Shown here: positions 56,794 through 64,000 of the stretch, in pieces
Position numbering within the stretch: position 1 is the first letter of the stretch
Layout: every line of letters begins with the position of its first letter
NCBI GenBank assembly: GCA_041739175.1
Contig: JBGSOJ010000007.1
Location: 937 to 64,936, forward strand
DNA: 64,000 nucleotides
Source: Sphingomonadaceae bacterium
GTDB taxonomy: Bacteria > Pseudomonadota > Alphaproteobacteria > Sphingomonadales > Sphingomonadaceae
Direction of reading: 5' to 3'
Position numbers and translations under genes: made by a program
The notes under the pieces: generated by a model
What the model saw: only the letters and a program-made list of their open reading frames with translations
Told to the model about the DNA's origin: nothing
Database searches by the model: none

Positions 56794-57657
56794 CTATCGC
56801 GGAATGAAGCACGCCCCGCCCGCAGCCTTCAATTGCGCACACAATTTTTGCGCGGCATCGGCATCGGCGGTAACCGCATTCAGCCGGAATTTCTGCCGTC
56901 CTTCAACGGTCCCGGTGGTCACCTTCTTTTGCAAGCTGCCCAAGAATGCGTAACGCGTCGAGAGCACGGTCCACATTTTCTCGGCGCTGGCGGCGTCATC
57001 AAACGCGCCCAATTGGACCAAGCCAGTGCCGGTAGTGGCGCTGGCGGTGGCACCACCCGCAGCAGCCTGAGCGGCATCGCCCTGCCCTGCTTTCGCGGTG
57101 GCAGTTGCCACAGGCGTTGCCTCGCCCGTCGTTGCGGGCTTGACCGTGTTCACATCCCGGCCATCCGCCGTTGCTTGCGCAACATCGCCCTCGCCTTCGA
57201 AGCTGCGCCCTTCTGCATCGGCGGGTTTGACTTTGTAGTCGCCTTCAGGCGCGGCAATCAATTCGCCGGTGCCATCGCCAAGGCCCACGCCCTGATTGCG
57301 ATTTTGCAGCCACCAAATGCCGCCCACAATAAGGCCGATGAGCGCCAATATACCCAAAACCGTTCCCGCCAATTTTATCGGCGACATGCCACCTTCATCG
57401 TATTGGTCGGCCGTGTCGAGCCACGGCAAACGGTCGGGGTCATCGAAACCCGGCTCAGAGTTTGCACGCGACGGCGAATCATATTCGCTGTTGTCAGCTT
57501 CTGGATGCACGGGATATTCCTCCTCGTTAGGAAAGCGCCGGTTGTTTGCGTCGTAATCGGCCTGGTCGTCATGCTGCCCCATGGCCAGATTTTGACGCGC
57601 GAGTGGTTCACGATCTACTTTAACGGTAGGCGGAAAACTATCACCATTCGATGCCAT
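56794..57657 (-). CDS. SPOR domain-containing protein
   Basis: One TM helix (LAGTVLGILALIGLIVGGIWW). C-terminal SPOR-like LVQLGAFDDAASAEKMW...FRLNAV...AAQKLCAQLKAAGGACF. Confidence 0.75.
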   Translation of the reverse strand: MASNGDSFPPTVKVDREPLARQNLAMGQHDDQADYDANNRRFPNEEEYPVHPEADNSEYDSPSRANSEPGFDDPDRLPWLDTADQYDEGGMSPIKLAGTVLGILALIGLIVGGIWWLQNRNQGVGLGDGTGELIAAPEGDYKVKPADAEGRSFEGEGDVAQATADGRDVNTVKPATTGEATPVATATAKAGQGDAAQAAAGGATASATTGTGLVQLGAFDDAASAEKMWTVLSTRYAFLGSLQKKVTTGTVEGRQKFRLNAVTADADAAQKLCAQLKAAGGACFIPR

Positions 57658-57694
57658 TGCTCAACCCCCTTCATGCCGCGCAGACAAGCCGCGC

Positions 57695-59422
57695 CTACAT
57701 TGATTCGACGGCAGCCACCCCCATCAGCGACAGCCCATTGCGCACAACTTGCCCGATATTAGCGGCCAAATAAAGCCTTGCTTGGGTCAACTCCGGCTGC
57801 TGTGCCAATATGAAGCGTTTGGAGGGGTCATCGTTGCCGAGATTATAGAAGCCATGGAATGCCGCCGCCAATTCCGCCAAATAAAAGGCGATACGATGCG
57901 GTTCGCGTGTCCGCGCCGCCGCCTCGACAACGCGGGGGAATCGCGCCGCCTCTTTGATCAAAGCCAGATCGTCTGGGCTCAGCTTGTCCAGGTGATCCGC
58001 CGACGGCTTCGTGCCCATTTCGGCCAATGCCTTTTCCAGCGTCCGGCAAATGCGGGCATGGGCGTATTGGACATAGAAAACGGGGTTATCGCGCGATGCC
58101 TCAACCACTTTCTCAAAGTCGAAATCCATTTGCGCGTCGGCTTTGCGCGTCAGCATGGTGAAGCGCACGGCATCCTTGCCTACTTCCTCGACCACTTCCG
58201 CCAAAGTAACGAAGTTACCGGAACGTTTGGACATTTTCACTGGTTCACCGCCGCGCAGCAGCTTTACCATCTGCACCAATTTGACGTCAAACACCGCCTT
58301 CCCATCGGTCAGCGCAGCAACGGCGGCCTTGATACGTTTCACGGTGCCAGCATGGTCCGCACCCCAAATGTCGATGAGCTCATCGGCGGTTTGCGCTTTT
58401 TGATAATGGTAAGCGAGGTCCGCGCCAAAATAGGTCCACGCGCCATTTGATTTCTTAATCGGCCGGTCCTGATCGTCACCGAATTGCGTGGAACGGAAAA
58501 GCGGCAATTCGACCGCCTCCCAGTCTTCGATTTCCTTGCCTTTCGGCGCTTCCAAAACGCCGTCATAGACGAGGCCTTTTTCGCGCAAAAATGCCTCCGC
58601 GACATCGGCCTTACCTCCCGCGTGCAACTCCGCTTCGGATGAAAAAATATCGTGATGGATGCCAAGCAGCGCCAGATCGGTGCGAATCATGACCATCATA
58701 TCGGCGACAGCTTCCTTACGGAACAGCGCCAGATATTCTGATTCGGGCGCGGCGGCGAATTTTTCGCCATATTCGCGCGCCAATCGTTGCCCCACAGGCA
58801 CCAGATAATCGCCGGGATAAAGACCCTCGGGGATAGCGCCTATTTCCTCGCCCAGCGCTTCACGATAGCGCAAATGCGCCGACCGCGCTAGGACATCGAC
58901 CTGCCCGCCGGCATCGTTGATGTAATATTCGCGAATGACTTCATGCCCTGAAAAGGCCAGCAAAGTGGCCAGTGCATCGCCGACGACAGCACCGCGGCAA
59001 TGGCCCATGTGCATAGGGCCGGTCGGGTTGGCGCTGACGTATTCGACATTGACTGTGCGTCCCTGACCAAAGTCCGACGCGCCATAGGCATCGCCGTGTT
59101 CTGCAATGGCGGTTAACTCAGCAAGCCATGCCTCAGCGCCAAGTCGCAGATTGATAAAGCCAGGCCCGGCAATCTCCGCGCTTGTTACACCCTCGGTCGC
59201 GGAGAGCTCCGCGACCAACGCCTCGGCCAGCGCGCGCGGGTTCATCCCCGCTGGCTTTGCAAGCACCATGGCGGCATTCACCGACAAATCGCCATGCGCC
59301 GCATCGCGCGGCGGGTCGAGCGTTACGGCGGCGCGGCTTAACCCTTCCGGCAAAAAACCCTTCGCCTCCAACGCATCGAGCGCCGTGTCCACATGGGCGC
59401 GGTAAATCTGAAAAATCGACAT
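57695..59422 (-). CDS. argS: arginine--tRNA ligase
   Basis: HIGH-type SANPTGPMHMGH, MSKRSG (KMSKS-like), DALR anticodon-binding C-terminus. Confidence 0.95.
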   Translation of the reverse strand: MSIFQIYRAHVDTALDALEAKGFLPEGLSRAAVTLDPPRDAAHGDLSVNAAMVLAKPAGMNPRALAEALVAELSATEGVTSAEIAGPGFINLRLGAEAWLAELTAIAEHGDAYGASDFGQGRTVNVEYVSANPTGPMHMGHCRGAVVGDALATLLAFSGHEVIREYYINDAGGQVDVLARSAHLRYREALGEEIGAIPEGLYPGDYLVPVGQRLAREYGEKFAAAPESEYLALFRKEAVADMMVMIRTDLALLGIHHDIFSSEAELHAGGKADVAEAFLREKGLVYDGVLEAPKGKEIEDWEAVELPLFRSTQFGDDQDRPIKKSNGAWTYFGADLAYHYQKAQTADELIDIWGADHAGTVKRIKAAVAALTDGKAVFDVKLVQMVKLLRGGEPVKMSKRSGNFVTLAEVVEEVGKDAVRFTMLTRKADAQMDFDFEKVVEASRDNPVFYVQYAHARICRTLEKALAEMGTKPSADHLDKLSPDDLALIKEAARFPRVVEAAARTREPHRIAFYLAELAAAFHGFYNLGNDDPSKRFILAQQPELTQARLYLAANIGQVVRNGLSLMGVAAVESM

Positions 59423-59511
59423 AGTTCATCCTCAAACCACCACGCCCCCTTTGCGGCCAAAGAGGGTGGATGGACACAGGTTGCTTGCGCGCAATAGAGC
59501 GCAAAACGGTG

Positions 59512-60186
59512 TTATCGGGTAACGTTATAGGCCAATTGCGCATCGGTCAGTTGGAACCCAACCAGATGCTCAAAACTCACGCGCGCCAAAGACTCACGCA
59601 CTGCCGGATCGGCCAACGGATCGATTGCCGCGTCAACATCACCCGGATTGCGGCGACGCGTCAGCTTTTCGCGCACATCATCGGGGATGCGGGTCAGTTC
59701 AGCGTCAATGGCCGCATTGGCCGACGCGCTGACCACAACGGTGCGCTGGCCGTCAACAAAGTTTACGGTAACACTTCCCACACGCTTCGCCACGACATCA
59801 CGCCCGCCGCGCATAACAACAGAGTAAAAAGGCAACGATACGGTGCGCGCACCGGCGGTATTATTGCGCGTCGCGGTCACGTCGAATGTGACATTGCTGC
59901 CGACCTGTGTTCCAACTTCGCCGCAGGTGGATCGCACATTAGAAATGCTGGCGACGACATCGATATCACTCGCCGAACGATTTCCGCTGGGTCCAAAGAG
60001 TGTTACATCACCGGTGCCATCGGGCACCGCGACGCTGGGGCAGCCGTTTAGGCTTGCGGTGATGCCGACACCGCTGGAAACATCGATCTGGCCATCACGA
60101 GCACAGCCGCTTACCGCCAAAAGGAGACACGCAGCCGCCATCAACGCCGATGTTTTGTTTCCTGCCCGACCGGTAGGTATGCGCAT
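59512..60186 (-). CDS. hypothetical lipoprotein
   Basis: ATG 60186 gives MRIPTGRAGNKTSALMAAACLLLAVSGC (lipobox). The longer 343-aa ORF in the track is an unsupported extension. Confidence 0.5.
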   Translation of the reverse strand: MRIPTGRAGNKTSALMAAACLLLAVSGCARDGQIDVSSGVGITASLNGCPSVAVPDGTGDVTLFGPSGNRSASDIDVVASISNVRSTCGEVGTQVGSNVTFDVTATRNNTAGARTVSLPFYSVVMRGGRDVVAKRVGSVTVNFVDGQRTVVVSASANAAIDAELTRIPDDVREKLTRRRNPGDVDAAIDPLADPAVRESLARVSFEHLVGFQLTDAQLAYNVTR

Positions 60187-60363
60187 AAATTCGTCCTTGT
60201 CCCGCGCGCCGGGAAGAAAGCTCCCGCGCAAAATCTTGCATTTGCTCTTACGCCGCCGATATGAGCCTTGCAACCGCAAAGCCGATTGATGCGTGCAAGC
60301 CGCAAAAAGCGCACGCCCGATTATTGGCGTGCATCGCCGCAATTGTTCGAATAAAGCAGATGA

Positions 60364-61356
60364 ATGATGACTGACCACTCTCCAGAATCGCAAATGCCTG
60401 CGGGCGTTGCCAAACCGCCTCTCAAGCTGCTGGTTGCTGCGCCGCGTGGGTTTTGCGCCGGCGTGGACCGCGCCATCCAAATCGTCGAATTGGCGCTCGA
60501 GCGCTATGGCGCGCCCGTCTATGTGCGCCATGAAATCGTCCACAACAAATATGTCGTTGATGGCTTAACCGCCAAAGGCGCGGTGTTTGTCGAGGAAGTC
60601 GATCAGGTGCCCGACGGCGTGCCCGTCATTTTTTCCGCGCATGGCGTGCCAAAGCGTGTACCCGCAAAAGCGGCGGCGCGTGGCCTAACGTATCTGGATG
60701 CGACCTGTCCTTTGGTGTCGAAAGTACATAAGCAGGCTGAACGGCAGGTTGAGGCGGGACGGCATATTCTGTTTATCGGGCATGAAGGGCATCCTGAAGT
60801 CATTGGCACATTGGGCCAAGTGCCTGAAGGCAGCATGACATTGGTCGAAACGCTCGACGATGTGGCAAATTTGACAGTCGCGGACCCTGACAATTTGGCG
60901 TATTTGACCCAAACCACTTTGTCCGTGGACGACACTTTGCATATTGTCGATGCGTTGCAAGCACGCTTCCCCAATATCGTCGGCCCGCGGGGCGAGGATA
61001 TCTGCTACGCCACCAGCAACCGGCAAGAATCGGTGAAACAAATCGCCGTTGCTTGCGACTTGGTGCTTGTCATTGGCGCCCCGAACAGCTCGAACAGCGT
61101 GCGCTTGGTGGAGGTTGCCGAACGGCAGGGAACGCGCGCGCGCCTGATCCAACGCGCGTCGGAAATCGACTTCGATTGGTTAGAAGGCGTCTCGACCGTT
61201 GGCCTGACTGCAGGCGCGTCTGCACCTGAAGTTTTGGTGCGCGAAGTTGTCGATACACTAGCGCAGCGGTTTACGATTGACGAAACGCAGGTCGAAACCA
61301 CCGTTGAGAACATGATTTTCAAACTTCCCCGCGAATTGCGTGACGAGCCTGCATAA
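60364..61356 (+). CDS. ispH: 4-hydroxy-3-methylbut-2-enyl diphosphate reductase
   Basis: [42 protein letters not shown] (three Fe-S Cys). Confidence 0.95.
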   Translation: MMTDHSPESQMPAGVAKPPLKLLVAAPRGFCAGVDRAIQIVELALERYGAPVYVRHEIVHNKYVVDGLTAKGAVFVEEVDQVPDGVPVIFSAHGVPKRVPAKAAARGLTYLDATCPLVSKVHKQAERQVEAGRHILFIGHEGHPEVIGTLGQVPEGSMTLVETLDDVANLTVADPDNLAYLTQTTLSVDDTLHIVDALQARFPNIVGPRGEDICYATSNRQESVKQIAVACDLVLVIGAPNSSNSVRLVEVAERQGTRARLIQRASEIDFDWLEGVSTVGLTAGASAPEVLVREVVDTLAQRFTIDETQVETTVENMIFKLPRELRDEPA

Positions 61357-62315
61357 TGGCGGTGTATACGCAGGTCGATAATGACGCGTTGGAAGCATTC
61401 CTCGCGGGCTTTGACACTGGCCGCTTAACCATCTGCAAGGGGATTGCGGAGGGGGTTGAGAATAGTAACTATCTGGTTGAGACCACTACGGATCGATTCA
61501 TTTTGACGCTATATGAAAAGCGTGTGGATCCCGCCGATTTGCCCTTCTTTTTGGCGTTGCTTGACCATTTGCATCGGGCGGGATGCAAGGTTCCGCGTTT
61601 TATTCCGGACAAAACAGGGCAGCAAATTCATGAGTTGGCGGGGCGTCCCGCATGCCTGATCGAATTTCTGCACGGCGTTTCGCTGTCGCACCCGACGCCG
61701 GTGCAGGCGGCTGCGGCAGGGGAAGCGCTGGGACAGATGCACAGCGCGTTGGCGGACTTTGATGGCGAACGCCCGAACGCGCTGGGGCCCTCAGGATGGC
61801 GGCCCTTGGCCAATGCCTGTACGCGCGAAGGCTTGGAGTCTATTGCCGCTGGGTTATCGGATGAAGTGTACGCCGCGCTTGAGCAGTTGGAGGCAGAATG
61901 GCCGCATGATTTGCCACGCTCGGTGATTCATGCGGATTTGTTCCCCGACAACGTGCTCATGCTAGGCGATGAAGTAACTGGCCTGATTGATTTCTATTTC
62001 GCTTGCAACGACATCACCGCCTACGATGTCGCCGTCACCCATTCGGCGTGGTGTTTCGATGCCAGAGGGCACAACTTTGACGCCGCCCTATCGCGCGGAT
62101 TGATGCAAGGCTATGCCCGCGCCGCCGCGCTCACCGAAGCGGAGGCAAAGGCGCTGCCTCTCCTTGCCATGGGGGCTTGCCTTCGGTTTCTGCTCACCCG
62201 CGCGTACGACTGGATCAACACGCCGCCTGACGCCTTGGTGGTGCGCAAGGACCCGCTTGCCTATCGCGATCGTATGCGGTTCTATGCGGCCCAAGGCGCA
62301 GCGGCATTCGCCTGA
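61356..62315 (+). CDS. thrB: homoserine kinase (APH-fold ThrB type)
   Basis: MAVYTQV...GIAEGVENSNYLVET, IHADLFPDNVL catalytic loop. TAATG overlap with ispH. Confidence 0.85.
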   Translation: MAVYTQVDNDALEAFLAGFDTGRLTICKGIAEGVENSNYLVETTTDRFILTLYEKRVDPADLPFFLALLDHLHRAGCKVPRFIPDKTGQQIHELAGRPACLIEFLHGVSLSHPTPVQAAAAGEALGQMHSALADFDGERPNALGPSGWRPLANACTREGLESIAAGLSDEVYAALEQLEAEWPHDLPRSVIHADLFPDNVLMLGDEVTGLIDFYFACNDITAYDVAVTHSAWCFDARGHNFDAALSRGLMQGYARAAALTEAEAKALPLLAMGACLRFLLTRAYDWINTPPDALVVRKDPLAYRDRMRFYAAQGAAAFA

Positions 62316-62321
62316 GCCATT

Positions 62322-62756
62322 ATGAAAAGCGTGGAAATCTATACCGATGGCGCATGTAAGGGCAATCCTGGCCCGGGCGGTTGGGGCGCCCTCGTCCGTT
62401 ATGGCAAGCATGAACGCGAACTCTCCGGCGGAGAGAAAGATACCACCAACAACCGCATGGAATTGCTTGCCGCCATTCGCGCTTTGCAGGTGCTAAAGGA
62501 ACCGTGCCTCGTCGAATTGCACACCGACAGCACTTATTTGCGCGATGGCATCACGAAATGGATCGCCGGCTGGCAGCGTAACGGGTGGAAAACCGCCGCA
62601 AAAAAGCCGGTCAAGAATGACGATTTATGGCGCGAATTGCTAACCGCCGTCGAGGGGCATCGGATAAGCTGGCATTGGGTCAAGGCGCATAACGGCCACG
62701 CGGACAACGAACGCGTTGATCGGCTGGCCAGCGACGCTGCTGACCAGCAAAGATAG
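62322..62756 (+). CDS. rnhA: ribonuclease HI
   Basis: [39 protein letters not shown]. Confidence 0.95.
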   Translation: MKSVEIYTDGACKGNPGPGGWGALVRYGKHERELSGGEKDTTNNRMELLAAIRALQVLKEPCLVELHTDSTYLRDGITKWIAGWQRNGWKTAAKKPVKNDDLWRELLTAVEGHRISWHWVKAHNGHADNERVDRLASDAADQQR

Positions 62757-62769
62757 GCCTCTCGGTACG

Positions 62770-62946
62770 TTATTCGGCGTCTTTGGTTTCCGCGCCAGGG
62801 CCGTGTTTCTTGATCGATTCGATCGCGTTTACTGCGCTGGCACGGCTTTTATAGCCCTCTGTCCAGAACATCGTCTCGCTGTTGTATTTGAAATAGGCAA
62901 CATACTCGCCCGCCTTGTTTTGCTTGATTTCAAAATAATGCGCCAT
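62770..62946 (-). CDS. DUF1508 (YegP-like) small protein, 58 aa
   Basis: Not in the ORF track (<60 aa). ATG preceded by AGAGGGGAG. MAHYFEIKQNKAGEYVAYFKYNSETMFWTEGYKSRASAVNAIESIKKHG matches the YegP repeat pattern. Confidence 0.7.
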   Translation of the reverse strand: MAHYFEIKQNKAGEYVAYFKYNSETMFWTEGYKSRASAVNAIESIKKHGPGAETKDAE

Positions 62947-63030
62947 GATGCGGCTCCCCTCTTTGCGTTACACCAAAAGAAAACGACAGAATGCGAACGC
63001 TGTCAACGCCTGTCTGCGTCAAATTGCGTA

Positions 63031-64000
63031 TCACGCGCTAAGCAGGTCGTGGCGCTTCATCATGTGGCGAAGTTGGTCATAGCTTAGGCCAAGCGCCTTC
63101 GCGGTTGTGCGTTGATTGAAACGGCATTGCTCCAGCTTCTCGACCAAAATCTCCCGCTCAAAATTCAGAACAGCCACCTTAATGTCCGTCACATCGTCGG
63201 ATGGTTGCCGTGACAATGAAGCTCTGGCGTCCCTTTCGGTAGTCGACGTAGTTTCGATTTTCGGCGGCGTGCTGTGCATCCCCGTGGGCCGCCATGGCGA
63301 TTCAAAGGGATCCATCTGTACCACCGCGACGGGGCCGCGCTCCTCAGCCCAGCGATAGACGGCGCGCTCCACAACATTGCGCAATTCGCGCACATTGCCG
63401 GGCCACGCATAGCCTTCCAGTTGCTCCATGGCATCGTCCGCAAAGCCTGGCCAGCTTTGCCAGCCAAGCTCAATCGCCATCCTGCTGCCGAAATGGGTGA
63501 TCAACATTCCCACATCGCCCTCACGATGGCGCAGCGGCGGCAGGGTAATCACCTCAAACGACATCCGGTCGAGCAAATCAGCACGGAACCGGCCCGCGGA
63601 AACCATTGCCGGTAAATCTTCGTTTGTAGCAGCGACAAGGCGGACATCGACCTGCACTGGCTGGCTCGCGCCGATGCGCGTAATCTCGCCATATTCGACC
63701 GCGCGAAGCAGCCGTTCCTGCGCCGCCATCGACAGTGTGCCCAATTCATCAAGGAACAATGTGCCGCCGTCGGCCATCTCAAACCGCCCTGCCCGCGCCT
63801 TTGTCGCGCCCGTAAATGCGCCCGCCTCATGCCCGAACAATTCGGCCTCAATCAGGGTTTCCGGCAAGGCCGCGCAATTCATGGTGATCAGCGGCCCGCC
63901 CCAACGCAGGCTTAGCCGGTGCAGCCGTTCAGCGACCAACTCCTTGCCTGTCCCTCGTTCCCCGACCACAAGAACAGGGCGGTCCAGCGACGCCGCGCTG
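63031..64000 (-). CDS. pspF: sigma-54-dependent activator, PspF-like (5' end outside window)
   Basis: Frame stays open to nt 64000 (..DRPVLVVGERGTGKE). GAFTGA loop (ELFGHEAGAFTGA), RFRADLLDR, C-terminal Fis-type HTH. Alignable by eye with E. coli PspF along its length. Confidence 0.7.
   Translation of the reverse strand, partial: SAASLDRPVLVVGERGTGKELVAERLHRLSLRWGGPLITMNCAALPETLIEAELFGHEAGAFTGATKARAGRFEMADGGTLFLDELGTLSMAAQERLLRAVEYGEITRIGASQPVQVDVRLVAATNEDLPAMVSAGRFRADLLDRMSFEVITLPPLRHREGDVGMLITHFGSRMAIELGWQSWPGFADDAMEQLEGYAWPGNVRELRNVVERAVYRWAEERGPVAVVQMDPFESPWRPTGMHSTPPKIETTSTTERDARASLSRQPSDDVTDIKVAVLNFEREILVEKLEQCRFNQRTTAKALGLSYDQLRHMMKRHDLLSA

Noticed and set aside
56215-57762. Very long ORFs antisense to well-supported genes: 56215..57762 (515 aa), 25282..26547 (421 aa), 1463..2497 (344 aa), 11304..12077, 44865..45692 and 48480..49202.
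   Set aside because: They lie opposite genes with clear family motifs (ctpA/SPOR, glycosyltransferase, prfB, hppD, TM-helix protein, M17 peptidase). Their translations are Arg/Ala/Pro/Gly-rich low-complexity sequence typical of the antisense frame in GC-rich DNA, with no motifs or RBS.
62947-63030. A sigma-54 (GG-N10-GC) promoter expected downstream of pspF, in front of the DUF1508 gene.
   Set aside because: No TGGCAC-N5-TTGC-like element is present in the 84-nt spacer.
1-64000. A window-wide look for defence islands, toxin-antitoxin pairs, CRISPR repeats, IS elements, integrases, phage genes and rRNA.
   Set aside because: None was recognised. Apart from the exosortase region, the CHASE2-EAL gene and the TonB_C tandem, the gene content is conserved housekeeping. 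I do not claim a mobile or defence system here.

Overview
This is a 64-kb chromosomal segment from a moderately GC-rich alphaproteobacterium. The taxonomic call rests on ctrA with TTAA-N7-TTAAC boxes, an APH-type thrB, and the DUF1285-NUDIX-cca and comF-grxC-nitrilase-DUF1178 gene strings. A Sphingomonadales origin is my inference only. I call about 70 CDS, one tRNA-Trp(CCA), several intrinsic terminators and candidate CtrA/CcrM sites. I saw no rRNA, CRISPR array, transposase, integrase or phage genes.

Layout:
- 1-7.1 kb: housekeeping genes (prfB, GNAT, DUF1285, CoA pyrophosphatase, cca).
- 7.2-9.7 kb: a compositionally odd CHASE2 / degenerate-GGDEF / EAL gene, plus an 18-codon sORF.
- 9.8-14.7 kb: Lrp-linked Phe/Tyr catabolism (phhA-hppD-VOC-maiA-FAH) with no hmgA.
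- 14.7-18.8 kb: ctrA, tRNA-Trp, secE-nusG-[GNAT]-rplK-rplA.
- 18.9-19.8 kb: a tandem TonB_C gene broken by an in-frame stop.
- 19.8-22.1 kb: recR, fmt, truA.
- 22.1-35.0 kb: an 11-gene, translationally coupled XrtA/PEP-CTERM exosortase EPS core operon.
- 35.2-40.9 kb: its satellite module of AMP-ligase, PLP-decarboxylase, CelD-like GNAT, carrier protein and two hydrolases.
- 40.9-64 kb: mostly core genes (rarA, BVMO, M17 peptidase, comF, grxC, coq7, dsbB, ctpA, SPOR, argS, ispH, thrB, rnhA, a sub-threshold DUF1508 gene, partial pspF).

The best candidate for unexplored biology is the carrier-protein/decarboxylase module attached to XrtA. Its families are known from comparative genomics, but as far as I know no substrate or product has been established. 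All family assignments come from motifs read by eye, and no searches were run.
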